A stretch of DNA of 64,000 nt from positions 160,001 through 224,000 of the forward strand of contig CAWFXA010000003.1 of NCBI GenBank assembly GCA_963819655.1, in the 5' to 3' direction. Under the pieces are notes generated by a model that was not told the origin of the DNA, ran no database searches, and was given only the letters and a program-made list of their open reading frames with translations. This DNA is from an uncultured Chloroflexia bacterium (GTDB lineage Bacteria; Chloroflexota; Limnocylindria; Limnocylindrales; CSP1-4). Positions 1 through 8,653 of this stretch are shown here, in pieces (positions within the stretch are counted from its first letter, which is position 1; each line of letters begins with the position of its first letter). Position numbers and translations under genes: made by a program.

Positions 1-52
1 TCACCTCCGCGGTCACGCTCTCCTGACGGGCGTCGACGTTCCGCGATCCCGC

Positions 53-916
53 TCAGCCGGGGCCGTCCTGCACGACGATGTCGCCGGAGGTCAACGGGAA
101 CGGGCCGCCCGGGATGAACCGGGTCTGGCACCAGCCTTCCATCGTGGTCAGCGTCTCACCGCGATTGCTCAGCCACAGGATGGCCTCATCACCGCGGCCG
201 TTCGGACCGCCGTCGTGGAGATGCAGGAACGCGGCGCGGTTTTTGCTCCCGTCCGTGGCCGTCGTCGCCGGACCGGCAAGCCATGCGTCCGATCCTGAGA
301 TCACGAGGCAGGTGATCGGACCTCCGTATGAATCCCCTGCGGGCGTCGCGGGGATCGTGCGCGACCACTCGCCGACCGGATCACCTTCGAAATGCGCAGA
401 GACGGCGTCGCGCCTTGCCCCCGGCTCGCCGTACGTATAGGCACCGGCGACGAAGCGTGCCGGTCCGGGGGACGCGGACGGCGGGATCGAGGCAGCGGAC
501 GGAGAGGGCAGGGCCGAGGCGGTCGAGGGAGACGGCGTGACGGACGCCGACGGGGTTTGCGACGCTGTTGTCGCGACCGCGGGTGGTGAAGGCGAAGCCT
601 CGAGTCTTCCCCCGGCGATCAGGGGCACCGCGATCGTTGCGAGCAGGAGCGTCGCGGCAAGGGCCAGGAGGATGCGCCAGTCGAATCGCCGGGCCCCGGA
701 CGCCTCGTCGAAGACCCGCTGCCGGACACGCGGCGACACCGAGACTTCACCGAGTTGGCCTCGCAGCAGGATGTCGTCCCGTCGCATCGCGGCCGCGACG
801 GAGCGGCAGCTCGGACACGTGGCGAGGTGCCGCTCCAGTTCCTGTTCCTCCGCGGCGGGTAGGACCTCCCTGATCTGCTTCGCCGCGAGGAGCAGGAACG
901 TCTCGTGATCCATCAT
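53..916 (-). CDS. Anti-sigma factor (zf-HC2 zinc finger, TM helix, Ser/Pro linker, extracellular domain)
   Basis: HLATCPSC motif, hydrophobic ILLALAATLLLATIAVPLIA, Ser/Pro-rich linker; overlaps the stop of the ECF sigma gene. Confidence 0.8.
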   Translation of the reverse strand: MMDHETFLLLAAKQIREVLPAAEEQELERHLATCPSCRSVAAAMRRDDILLRGQLGEVSVSPRVRQRVFDEASGARRFDWRILLALAATLLLATIAVPLIAGGRLEASPSPPAVATTASQTPSASVTPSPSTASALPSPSAASIPPSASPGPARFVAGAYTYGEPGARRDAVSAHFEGDPVGEWSRTIPATPAGDSYGGPITCLVISGSDAWLAGPATTATDGSKNRAAFLHLHDGGPNGRGDEAILWLSNRGETLTTMEGWCQTRFIPGGPFPLTSGDIVVQDGPG

Positions 917-1461
917 CGCGGTGCATCCCCGGACCCCGACAGGATCTCCCGAAGTCGGATCCGCGCGCGGCAGATGTAGGTGGACGTCGCGTTGGCCGTT
1001 CGACCGATCGCTTCACCGATCTCAGTGGATGAGAATCCGGCGGCGGCCATCAAGAGGGCGACTCGAGCATCCGGTGGCAACTCCGCGAGTCCGTTTCGGA
1101 GCCGGGCGCTTTCATCGGAGCGGATGGCGTGGTCCTCGGGCGAAACGCCCATGGTGAGATCGACGAGCGCAGCGTTCCTGCGGACAGCCACCGTCTGACG
1201 CCGTCCCCGGCTGACGATCAGATTCGCACAGACCCGGTGGAGCCAGCCCCCGACATTGTCTGGGACGTCGCCCTGCCGAACCTGACGGACGAACCGAAGG
1301 AACGTCTCCTGGACCAGGTCGTCGGCTGCGTCGTCGTCGCGGACCGCAGCGAGTGCGAAGGCCTTGAGGCGTGCCGCATGCGCATCGAAGGCCTCTTCCA
1401 CTATCAGGCCGACGGCCGATCGAGCTGGCGCCATACGTGTCGTCGCGACATCGCTCGTCAC
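913..1461 (-). CDS. ECF RNA polymerase sigma-70 factor
   Basis: ADDLVQETFLR and GWLHRVCAN (region 2), SSTEIGEAIG..YICRAR (region 4); start uncertain (1434, 1461 or 1557). Confidence 0.88.
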   Translation of the reverse strand: MTSDVATTRMAPARSAVGLIVEEAFDAHAARLKAFALAAVRDDDAADDLVQETFLRFVRQVRQGDVPDNVGGWLHRVCANLIVSRGRRQTVAVRRNAALVDLTMGVSPEDHAIRSDESARLRNGLAELPPDARVALLMAAAGFSSTEIGEAIGRTANATSTYICRARIRLREILSGSGDAPR

Positions 1462-1636
1462 GACCGGGTTGTCCGTTGGTTCGACATCCGGTCCATTGAC
1501 GTTTGCGTCGTCGATGTCTTTCACACGGCAACGCGGTCTCGGCCGATCATCGCGCACGTTCCCTCTGGAACAGAGGGCGAATCGTACCCCTCGTCTGTCA
1601 GTGCTCCGGGAAGGTGCGGTATCATCGCCGACCCGT

Positions 1637-1711
<75 letters not shown>

Positions 1712-1729
1712 CGATTTCACGCAGCAGAT

Positions 1730-1765
1730 GACCCCTGACGGATGGTCCGTCAGGGGTCTGTCTTT
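1730..1765 (+). terminator. Intrinsic terminator after tRNA-Lys
   Basis: 13-bp perfect stem GACCCCTGACGGA/TCCGTCAGGGGTC followed by TGTCTTT. Confidence 0.75.
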
Positions 1766-1891
1766 GGCCTGCACCACGCTGCCTCACGCGTCGAGCCGTC
1801 GACACCGGGATCGGGCTGGCGTGGCCGGCGACGACGGCGCGAAAACGCCGTCGCGACACCCCAGGCGTAGTGTCCGCCCCGCCGGGGAGCG

Positions 1892-2392
1892 ATGCTGGGG
1901 GAACGCAGGAGGCCGACATTGGTCCGCAGACTACTGCTCGCGCTCACGATGGGCGCGCTGGCAACAGGGGTCCTCGCGCAGGTCGCACTGGCGGGTGCGC
2001 CGGAGCGCTTCACTGAGACCTTCGAAGGCACGAACTTCATCCCCGAAGGTGAGCTCTGCGATTTCGACTACTCGCAAACCTTCTCGGGGACGGACGAAGT
2101 CACGATCTTCGGCGACCGCGTGCAGGTGCACGAGACCCTCGCCGTCGCGCACACGAACGTCGGCACGAACTACACGTTGACGGAGAACGACAGGCTCTTC
2201 TTCACGTTCAGGGCTGACTCGGAGAAGGATGTCGGGATCTTCTGGCACCTGCGTGACCCGAACGGAAAGATGGTCGTCGTCCAGGCTGGGCAACTCCGCT
2301 TTGACGAGACCGGCCTGATCAAGTTCACGCCCAACATCAACCCAGATTTCGCCGCGGTGATCTGTCCCGCGCTCGGAGGCAGCCCGGCCTAG
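1892..2392 (+). CDS. Secreted hypothetical protein
   Basis: GGGGAG RBS, signal peptide ending ALA, two Cys, coding-like codon usage. Confidence 0.7.
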   Translation: MLGERRRPTLVRRLLLALTMGALATGVLAQVALAGAPERFTETFEGTNFIPEGELCDFDYSQTFSGTDEVTIFGDRVQVHETLAVAHTNVGTNYTLTENDRLFFTFRADSEKDVGIFWHLRDPNGKMVVVQAGQLRFDETGLIKFTPNINPDFAAVICPALGGSPA

Positions 2393-2407
2393 GCGAACCC
2401 ACGAAGA

Positions 2408-2442
2408 CATGACCCCCGACGGACTCGCCGTCGGGGGTCATG
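2408..2442. terminator. Hairpin between convergent genes
   Basis: 15-bp stem CATGACCCCCGACGG/CCGTCGGGGGTCATG. Confidence 0.65.
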
Positions 2443-2605
2443 ATTTAGGGCGGGCGCCCCCGCGCCGCCCCACTGGAATGCCTAATCAGCACGACCCAGC
2501 CATGAACGTCCGGCTAACAGTGCAGGGCCTCGACGAGCTCGGTCAGCGGTTCAGCTCTATGACGCGCTTTCCTCGAGGTCATTGCAGGACCCCATCCGAT
2601 GCGCG

Positions 2606-3559
2606 TCAGCGCATCAACCAGCGCAACCGCGAGTACATGGCGGGCGCCAGGGCTGCCGCGTAGGTATTGGTCAGGTGATGCGCGTCGCGATAGCGGAGGA
2701 TTCGGTTCGACGTCACGGGCCAGCAACGTGTCGGCTGGCAGATCCAGTCGGCCATGTCGGTCGCGCGCACCCACGCGTACCTCACGTCGACAGCGGTCTC
2801 CGCCTGCCAGTGCAGCGCCTCTAGCGAGCTCGAACGCAGCCCCGAACAGGGTTGAGTCCAGCCAGCCTTCGCCACCAGGCAGGACGGGACGAGGAACCTG
2901 AAGCTCGGTGTGTCGCGAAGGATCACGACCCGGCGCACCTGACCAGCCACGCGATCGACCGTGCGTCGATAGCCGGCTTCCCACTCCGCGCGCTCCGCGT
3001 CCGGATCGGTGATGACCGCCCAGTTCGCGCGCCGGAGCAGGGTCGATCGCGACGAACCGCTCATCACGAGGAGGTCGACCCGAGGGAGGTTGCGGATCTT
3101 GGTCAGCACGTTCCGTCGCCACGTGTCGCAGGCCGCATAGCGGGACGAGCCGCTGCGGATCGTGACATCGGCGGCCGGACACGCCGTTTTGCTCATCCAG
3201 ACGACACGCCAGCCAGCGCGCCGCGCGGCGCCGTCGATCGCCGCCCACCACTGGGCCATGACCGAGTCGCCGATCACCACCACGACCTTCGTGCCGTCAC
3301 GCCGGCCGTACGTGCAATGGGTCGGGCTGGTGGTCGCGCGAGCGACGTGGCAACCGTCTCGATAGACGCGGCCCAGGTCGGATGGCGCGGCGGAGGTCCG
3401 TGGCTGAAGTGTCGAGAGGGAGACGCGGCTCGGGTCGTCGGCCGGGTCCGGCACGGCCGCTGAGACGGGTCGCGCACTCAGGGGCAGAAGACCCGACAGG
3501 ACGATGAGGCCGGCGATGCCGAGGCGGACCGGCGGCGGGAAGCGACGCTCGGCGACCAT
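2606..3559 (-). CDS. Secreted SGNH-domain protein (OafA/OatA C-terminal-like acetyltransferase/esterase)
   Basis: VVIGDS (block I), SKTACP, YRDAHHL (DxxH), paired Cys; N-terminal signal peptide; start taken at MVAERR. Confidence 0.8.
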   Translation of the reverse strand: MVAERRFPPPVRLGIAGLIVLSGLLPLSARPVSAAVPDPADDPSRVSLSTLQPRTSAAPSDLGRVYRDGCHVARATTSPTHCTYGRRDGTKVVVVIGDSVMAQWWAAIDGAARRAGWRVVWMSKTACPAADVTIRSGSSRYAACDTWRRNVLTKIRNLPRVDLLVMSGSSRSTLLRRANWAVITDPDAERAEWEAGYRRTVDRVAGQVRRVVILRDTPSFRFLVPSCLVAKAGWTQPCSGLRSSSLEALHWQAETAVDVRYAWVRATDMADWICQPTRCWPVTSNRILRYRDAHHLTNTYAAALAPAMYSRLRWLMR

Positions 3560-3659
3560 CGACACGAGCCTACACCCCTGATCCAGAACCGCCGGCCGAA
3601 TATGGCCGTACCTCCCAATAGAGCTCGGACCCCACGCCCGAGACGGAAGGAGGAGACGG

Positions 3660-4154
3660 ATGCGAAAGCTGCTCTTCGTCATCGCCGGAGGCGGGCTGGC
3701 CCTCGCTCTGGCGGCGCCAGTCGTGATCGGCGATTCCGACCAGGCGTTCACGGCCTCCCTCAATGGCTATCTCGAGGTGCCATCGATCTCGACCACCGCA
3801 CGTGGCTCGTTCCAGGCCGAGGTCGTCGGGTCGACCATCAAGTATCGATTGGTCTTCCGCGACCTCTCGACGCCTTCGCTGTTCTCGCACATCCACTTCG
3901 CCCGGCCCGACGTGAACGGAGGGGTGTCCGCCTTCCTGTGCGGCGGCGGTGGGAAGGCGGCATGTCCGACGACGGCCGGCACCGTGACCGGCACGATCGT
4001 GGCAGCCGATGTCATCGGCCCGACCGACAAGGGCATCCTGGCGGGCGAGTTCGCCGAGCTGCTCCGGGCGATGCGCAACGGCGCGACGTACGTCAACGTC
4101 CACAGCGACGCGTGGCCGAGCGGCGAGATCCGCGGCAACATCCGCCGCTCCTGA
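3660..4154 (+). CDS. CHRD domain secreted protein
   Basis: LNGYLEVP, SHIH, YVNVHS..PSGEIRG motifs; AGGAG RBS; signal peptide. Confidence 0.9.
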   Translation: MRKLLFVIAGGGLALALAAPVVIGDSDQAFTASLNGYLEVPSISTTARGSFQAEVVGSTIKYRLVFRDLSTPSLFSHIHFARPDVNGGVSAFLCGGGGKAACPTTAGTVTGTIVAADVIGPTDKGILAGEFAELLRAMRNGATYVNVHSDAWPSGEIRGNIRRS

Positions 4155-4177
4155 CCTAACTCGACACCCCCGCACAC

Positions 4178-4214
4178 GAACGGCCGGGTCTCCCTCCGGG
4201 GCACCCGGCCGTTC
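4178..4214 (+). terminator. Hairpin terminator
   Basis: Stem GAACGGCCGGGT/ACCCGGCCGTTC. Confidence 0.55.
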
Positions 4215-4236
4215 CACGTTCCGTACACTCGGCGTC

Positions 4237-5199
4237 ATGACACAGAAGGTGATCCTGGACGTCGATACGGGCACGGACGACGCCGTGGCCCTCATGCTCG
4301 CCGCGCTCCACCCGGACCTGGAGTTGCTCGCAGCGACGACGGTCAACGGGAATGTGCCGGTCGACTACTGCACGGAGAACTCGCTCCGGGTGTTCGACCA
4401 CATCGGGGTGCCGGTGCCGGTCTACGAGGGCGTGAGCCGGCCCATCGAGCGGGCCGATTTCCCGATCGCGCGCGGTGACATCCAGAGTTCGAACGCCGTG
4501 CACGGCGGCTACCTCGACATCCCACCGTCGACCTCGACGAAGCAATCGACGGGAGCGGTCGACTTCCTGATCGAGACGTACCTCGCGGCGACCGACGAGA
4601 TCATCCTCGTCCCGGTCGGACCGCTGTCCAACGTCGCCACGGCGCTCCGACGCGAGCCGCGCCTGAAGGACCGCATCCCCGAGCTCGTGATCATGGGCGG
4701 GGCGAACCGCTACGGGAACGTGACCCCGCGCGCGGAGTTCAACGTCTGGGCCGACCCGGAAGCTGCCCGCACCGTCATCACGAGCGGCATCCGCAAGATC
4801 ACGCTCGTGCCGCTCGATGCGACCCACCGGGCCCTCGTCTCGCTCGACGACTGTGCCGCGCTCCGGGCGCTCGGCACGCCCGCCGGCGACGCGGCGGCCA
4901 CGTTCACCGAGCGTCGGATCCAGGGGTACGACACGACCCAGCCGATGAAGCGTCGGCATGCCGCGCCGGTCCACGACGCGCTCGCAGTCGCGGCGATCGT
5001 CGACCCTGCGGTCATCACGACCCACCACCTCCATGTCGACGTCGAGACCAAGGGCGAGCTGACCGTGGGCGAGACCGTCGTCGACACGAACTTTCGGAGC
5101 CGGCAGGAGCCGAATGTCCACGTGGCGCTCGACGCCGACGAGCGGGCGTTCGTGTCGATGCTGTTGGAGACGTTCGCCAGGAATCCGGCTGTCAACTGA
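4237..5199 (+). CDS. Inosine-uridine preferring nucleoside hydrolase
   Basis: DVDTGTDDA, GPLSNVA, AEFNVWADPEAA and VHDALAV motifs. Confidence 0.93.
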   Translation: MTQKVILDVDTGTDDAVALMLAALHPDLELLAATTVNGNVPVDYCTENSLRVFDHIGVPVPVYEGVSRPIERADFPIARGDIQSSNAVHGGYLDIPPSTSTKQSTGAVDFLIETYLAATDEIILVPVGPLSNVATALRREPRLKDRIPELVIMGGANRYGNVTPRAEFNVWADPEAARTVITSGIRKITLVPLDATHRALVSLDDCAALRALGTPAGDAAATFTERRIQGYDTTQPMKRRHAAPVHDALAVAAIVDPAVITTHHLHVDVETKGELTVGETVVDTNFRSRQEPNVHVALDADERAFVSMLLETFARNPAVN

Positions 5200-5254
5200 C
5201 CGACATCGCCGCACATTGGCGCCACAAGCCGATCGCCCGCGCGTCTAGCCTGCC

Positions 5255-6535
5255 ATGGAAGTGCCCACCATCCTTCGCCGATCTCTGACCATCCTCGCCG
5301 TGGGTGCCCTCGTGGCTGCGTGTGGCACCACATCGACCGCGAGCCCGTCGGGCTTGACCCAACCATCCTCGCCGCCGCCCACGGCGGCGCCCTCGGGATC
5401 CGCTGCCTCGCCGTCGCCGTCCGCGTCGGCGGCGATCCGGGTGGAGCGGGCGGGGTCCATGCTGCGTGCCCGGACCGGGTTCGAATCCGTCCTCCTCGGT
5501 GACGGCACCGTGCTCGCTGTCGGCGACCACTCTGCCTGTCTCCCGGGCCCAGCGGAGCCGGGCAGTGAGCGGGCCGAACGCTACGACTCGAGCACGGACA
5601 TGTGGACGGAGGCCGAGAACCTCAACAAGCCGCGCAAGTCGTTCGCGATGGTGCCGCTCAAGGATGGCGCTGCGATGGTGGTCGGTGGCATGAACGCGGA
5701 CGACGTCCCGTTCTCGAGCACAAAGGTCTTCGCTCCGGATTCCGGGACTTGGTCCGACGGGCCGCTCCTCGAGATCGCGGTCGGCGACGGGCTCGCCGCG
5801 ACCCTCACCGACGGACGGGTGATGTCCTTCAGGCCCCGGTTCTACGGCGAGACTGGCACCGCGACGGCCGTCGAGCTCCTAGATCCGACGGCTGGTCGGT
5901 GGGAACCAGGGACGGAAGTCGGCATCTTCGTCGATGGGGTCCTTGCTCTCTCAGATGGAAACCTTTTGGCGAGGGGCTCGGCCTTCGAATCGCCCGAGCT
6001 TCTCTACCGTTACGATCCGGCCGCCGACGCCTGGACGAATGTCGCCAGCCCGATCGAGATCGTCAGCTCAATGGACTTTGGGAGATTCGGACCGTTAGTA
6101 GCGCTCGAGGACGGTGACGTCCTTGCGCTGAGCGTCGCGGCGTCTTCCACTGATCCGTTCCCATCGACTGGGGTGCGGCGGTTCGACGGCGCCACCGGAG
6201 AGTGGTCGGAAGGCGCCCCCACGTCGACTCCCCGGGAGGGCGCGATGATCGCGACGCTCGCCGACGGTCGGGTGCTCGTCGCTGGTGGGGCCACGTCCGA
6301 CGAGAACGACATGGGAGCCCGCGCGCTAGCCACGACCGAGATCTACGATCCCGTCGCCGATTCGTGGACCGCAGGCCCCGATCTGCTAGAGCCGCGCAAG
6401 GACGGCCACGCGCTCCTCCTGACCGACGGCAGTGTCCTGATCCACGGCGGTGACGCGAGCTTTAACGTCAATGGCGACGTGCCGTGGTGCCCGGATCCGA
6501 TGACAACGACTGAACGGGTCTACCTTGGGTCCTGA
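5255..6535 (+). CDS. Kelch-repeat lipoprotein
   Basis: Lipobox LVAAC, Ser/Pro linker, repeated L.DG.VLV.GG...E.YDP...W units. Confidence 0.85.
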   Translation: MEVPTILRRSLTILAVGALVAACGTTSTASPSGLTQPSSPPPTAAPSGSAASPSPSASAAIRVERAGSMLRARTGFESVLLGDGTVLAVGDHSACLPGPAEPGSERAERYDSSTDMWTEAENLNKPRKSFAMVPLKDGAAMVVGGMNADDVPFSSTKVFAPDSGTWSDGPLLEIAVGDGLAATLTDGRVMSFRPRFYGETGTATAVELLDPTAGRWEPGTEVGIFVDGVLALSDGNLLARGSAFESPELLYRYDPAADAWTNVASPIEIVSSMDFGRFGPLVALEDGDVLALSVAASSTDPFPSTGVRRFDGATGEWSEGAPTSTPREGAMIATLADGRVLVAGGATSDENDMGARALATTEIYDPVADSWTAGPDLLEPRKDGHALLLTDGSVLIHGGDASFNVNGDVPWCPDPMTTTERVYLGS

Positions 6536-6565
6536 GAGATAGCGACCAGCCCGGGAGGACCGACC

Positions 6566-7036
6566 ATGACGCGATCCGTCAGGCACGCCACTTTCACGAT
6601 CGAGAAGACATACGACGCACCGCCATCGACGGTCTGGCGCGCATGGTCCGACCCCGCCGAGAAGGCCGTGTGGTTCTCGGGTCCCGAGGAATGGGGTCCC
6701 GACGAGTTCGAGCTCGACTTCCGGGTCGGTGGGCGCGAGATCAGCCGCGGCGGCCCGCCCGGCGGGCCTGTGTTCACCTACGACGCCACGTATCGCGACA
6801 TCGTGCCGGGTGAGCGGTTCGTCTACGCATACGACATGTTCAGCGACGAGATGCGGATCTCGGTCTCGCTCGGGACGGTCGAGTTAGCGGCGGTCGGCGG
6901 CGGCACGAAGCTGACCTACACCGATCACGGTGCGTACCTCGACGGCGCCGACACGCCGGAGGAGCGTGAGCACGGGACCCTGGAGCTGCTCGACGCTCTC
7001 GGTCGGGTCCTATCCGGGGAGCCCGCGACCGCCTGA
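6566..7036 (+). CDS. SRPBCC/AHSA1 (START-like) family protein
   Basis: TFTIEKTYDAPPSTVWRAWSDP, DFRVGG; GGAGG RBS. Confidence 0.88.
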   Translation: MTRSVRHATFTIEKTYDAPPSTVWRAWSDPAEKAVWFSGPEEWGPDEFELDFRVGGREISRGGPPGGPVFTYDATYRDIVPGERFVYAYDMFSDEMRISVSLGTVELAAVGGGTKLTYTDHGAYLDGADTPEEREHGTLELLDALGRVLSGEPATA

Positions 7037-7091
7037 CGGCGGGGCTCCCGGGGCGCCGACCGTCGCAAGGGTCGGGATGCTACCCTGACGC

Positions 7092-7213
7092 CGTCCTTGG
7101 ATGGCCGGTCCTGTGAGGCCGGCGTACCGGTCCCGTGAGGCCGGCGAAGGAGGCATCGATGTCCGCGCACGCCCTCGCCCACCACGCCGATCCGGCGGGT
7201 GGGTCGTTTGTTA
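7092..7213 (+). promoter_or_regulatory. PyrR-binding attenuator leader (two tandem PyrR loops plus terminator)
   Basis: GGTCCTGTGAGGCC and GGTCCCGTGAGGCC match the PyrR loop consensus RUCCnGnGAGGY, followed by GAAGGAG and a GC hairpin with a TTTGTT tail; directly upstream of carA. Confidence 0.75.
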
Positions 7214-7229
7214 TCCGGGCCGCCGTCGA

Positions 7230-8381
7230 GTGATCGCTCCACCACCGCCCCGGGCAAGCTCGGTCGTGGACCCGAGGATCGGTGATCTCGGGCCGGCAGT
7301 CCTGGCACTGGAGGACGGAACGGTGTTCCCGGGCGTGGCGTTCGGGGCGCCGATCGCGGCGGGCGGCGATCTCGTCGTCAATACGAGCCAGACCGGCTAC
7401 CAGGAGGTCTGCACCGACCCGTCGTACGCCGGCCAGGTCGTCGTCATGACCTATCCGCTCATCGGCAACTACGGCCGGCTGGCCGACGACGACCAGTCCG
7501 TCAAGCCCTGGTTACGGGCGCTCGTCGTTGCCAACGCCACCGCGGCCGTTCTGGAGGACGCTCGTCAGCTCGCGGCTCTCCTCCGCGACGAGCGCATCCC
7601 GGCGATCGCGGGTGTCGATACCCGTGCGCTTGCCCGTCACCTGCGCGCCAACGGCAGTCTGCGCGGGATCGTCACGGCACCGAGCGAGGTGGACACCGCA
7701 GGTGCCGTGCTCGCCGCGCGGGCCGTGGCGCGCTGGGAGGACCAGGATTTCGTGGGCCAGGTCTCGCCGACCGCGATCACCGAAGTCGGCTCGGTGGACG
7801 ACGGCGGTCCACTCATCGGCATCGTCGATCTCGGCCTCAAGTCGAACATCGTTCGGGCGATGCGCCATCGCGGGGCGCGCGCGCGCGTGTTCCCGCATAC
7901 GGTCGAGGCGTCGGATGTGCTCTCGTCCGACATCGACGGGATCATCCTGTCGCCCGGTCCTGGGGATCCCGCGCGGCTTGCATCGCAGGTGGCGCTGGCG
8001 CGCGCAGTCATCGACGACGGCCGGCCGCTGCTCGGGATCTGTCTCGGACACCAGATCGTGGGGCGGGCTGCGGGCGCGGATACCCGGCGCCTGCGGTTCG
8101 GGCATCACGGGGCGAACCATCCGGTCCAGGACTCGGACCTTGGGCTCGTCCAGGTGACCGCCCAGAACCACGAGGTCCAGGTGGTCGGCGACTCGCTGCC
8201 GTCGACGTCGGGCTTCCACGTCAGCCAGGTGAACCTCAACGACCTGTCGGTCGAGGGGCTGCGCCACGGCGAGAAGCCGATCGAGACGGTCCAGTACCAC
8301 CCGGAGGGGGCACCGGGGCCACTGGACGCCCTCGCCGTGTTCGACCGCTTCGTGGCCGCGGCGCGGGGCGGGGTCGCGTGA
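7230..8381 (+). CDS. carA: Carbamoyl-phosphate synthase small subunit
   Basis: LALEDGTVF, GYQEVCTDPSY, SPGPGDP, GICLGHQ, VQYHPE; start 7230 or 7266. Confidence 0.96.
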   Translation: MIAPPPPRASSVVDPRIGDLGPAVLALEDGTVFPGVAFGAPIAAGGDLVVNTSQTGYQEVCTDPSYAGQVVVMTYPLIGNYGRLADDDQSVKPWLRALVVANATAAVLEDARQLAALLRDERIPAIAGVDTRALARHLRANGSLRGIVTAPSEVDTAGAVLAARAVARWEDQDFVGQVSPTAITEVGSVDDGGPLIGIVDLGLKSNIVRAMRHRGARARVFPHTVEASDVLSSDIDGIILSPGPGDPARLASQVALARAVIDDGRPLLGICLGHQIVGRAAGADTRRLRFGHHGANHPVQDSDLGLVQVTAQNHEVQVVGDSLPSTSGFHVSQVNLNDLSVEGLRHGEKPIETVQYHPEGAPGPLDALAVFDRFVAAARGGVA

Positions 8382-8388
8382 TGGCGTG

Positions 8389-8565
8389 TTTCCTGCCAAA
8401 TCGTCGCCACATGACCCTTGGGCGCGCTGCCGGCCGTTCGATGCCGGCTGGCGGAGTTGGTCCGTGCGGGGCAGAGATGCCCAGCGCGCCGGGAGGGCGT
8501 CAAATCCGAGCCGAAGGGCGCCAGATCCATGCGCAGGCGTCACTCCGTGACGATTTGGCAGGAAA
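8389..8565. repeat. 17-bp perfect inverted repeat pair bounding the carA-carB spacer (MITE/REPIN-like)
   Basis: TTTCCTGCCAAATCGTC (8389-8405) and GACGATTTGGCAGGAAA (8549-8565). Confidence 0.7.
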
Positions 8566-8653
8566 TGGCGCGGGCCGACGGTGACGAAGCCGGCCATCTT
8601 CCTTGCAGGCGCTTTGAACCTTGCCGGCTGTGATCGAGCAGACGCGGTGGACT

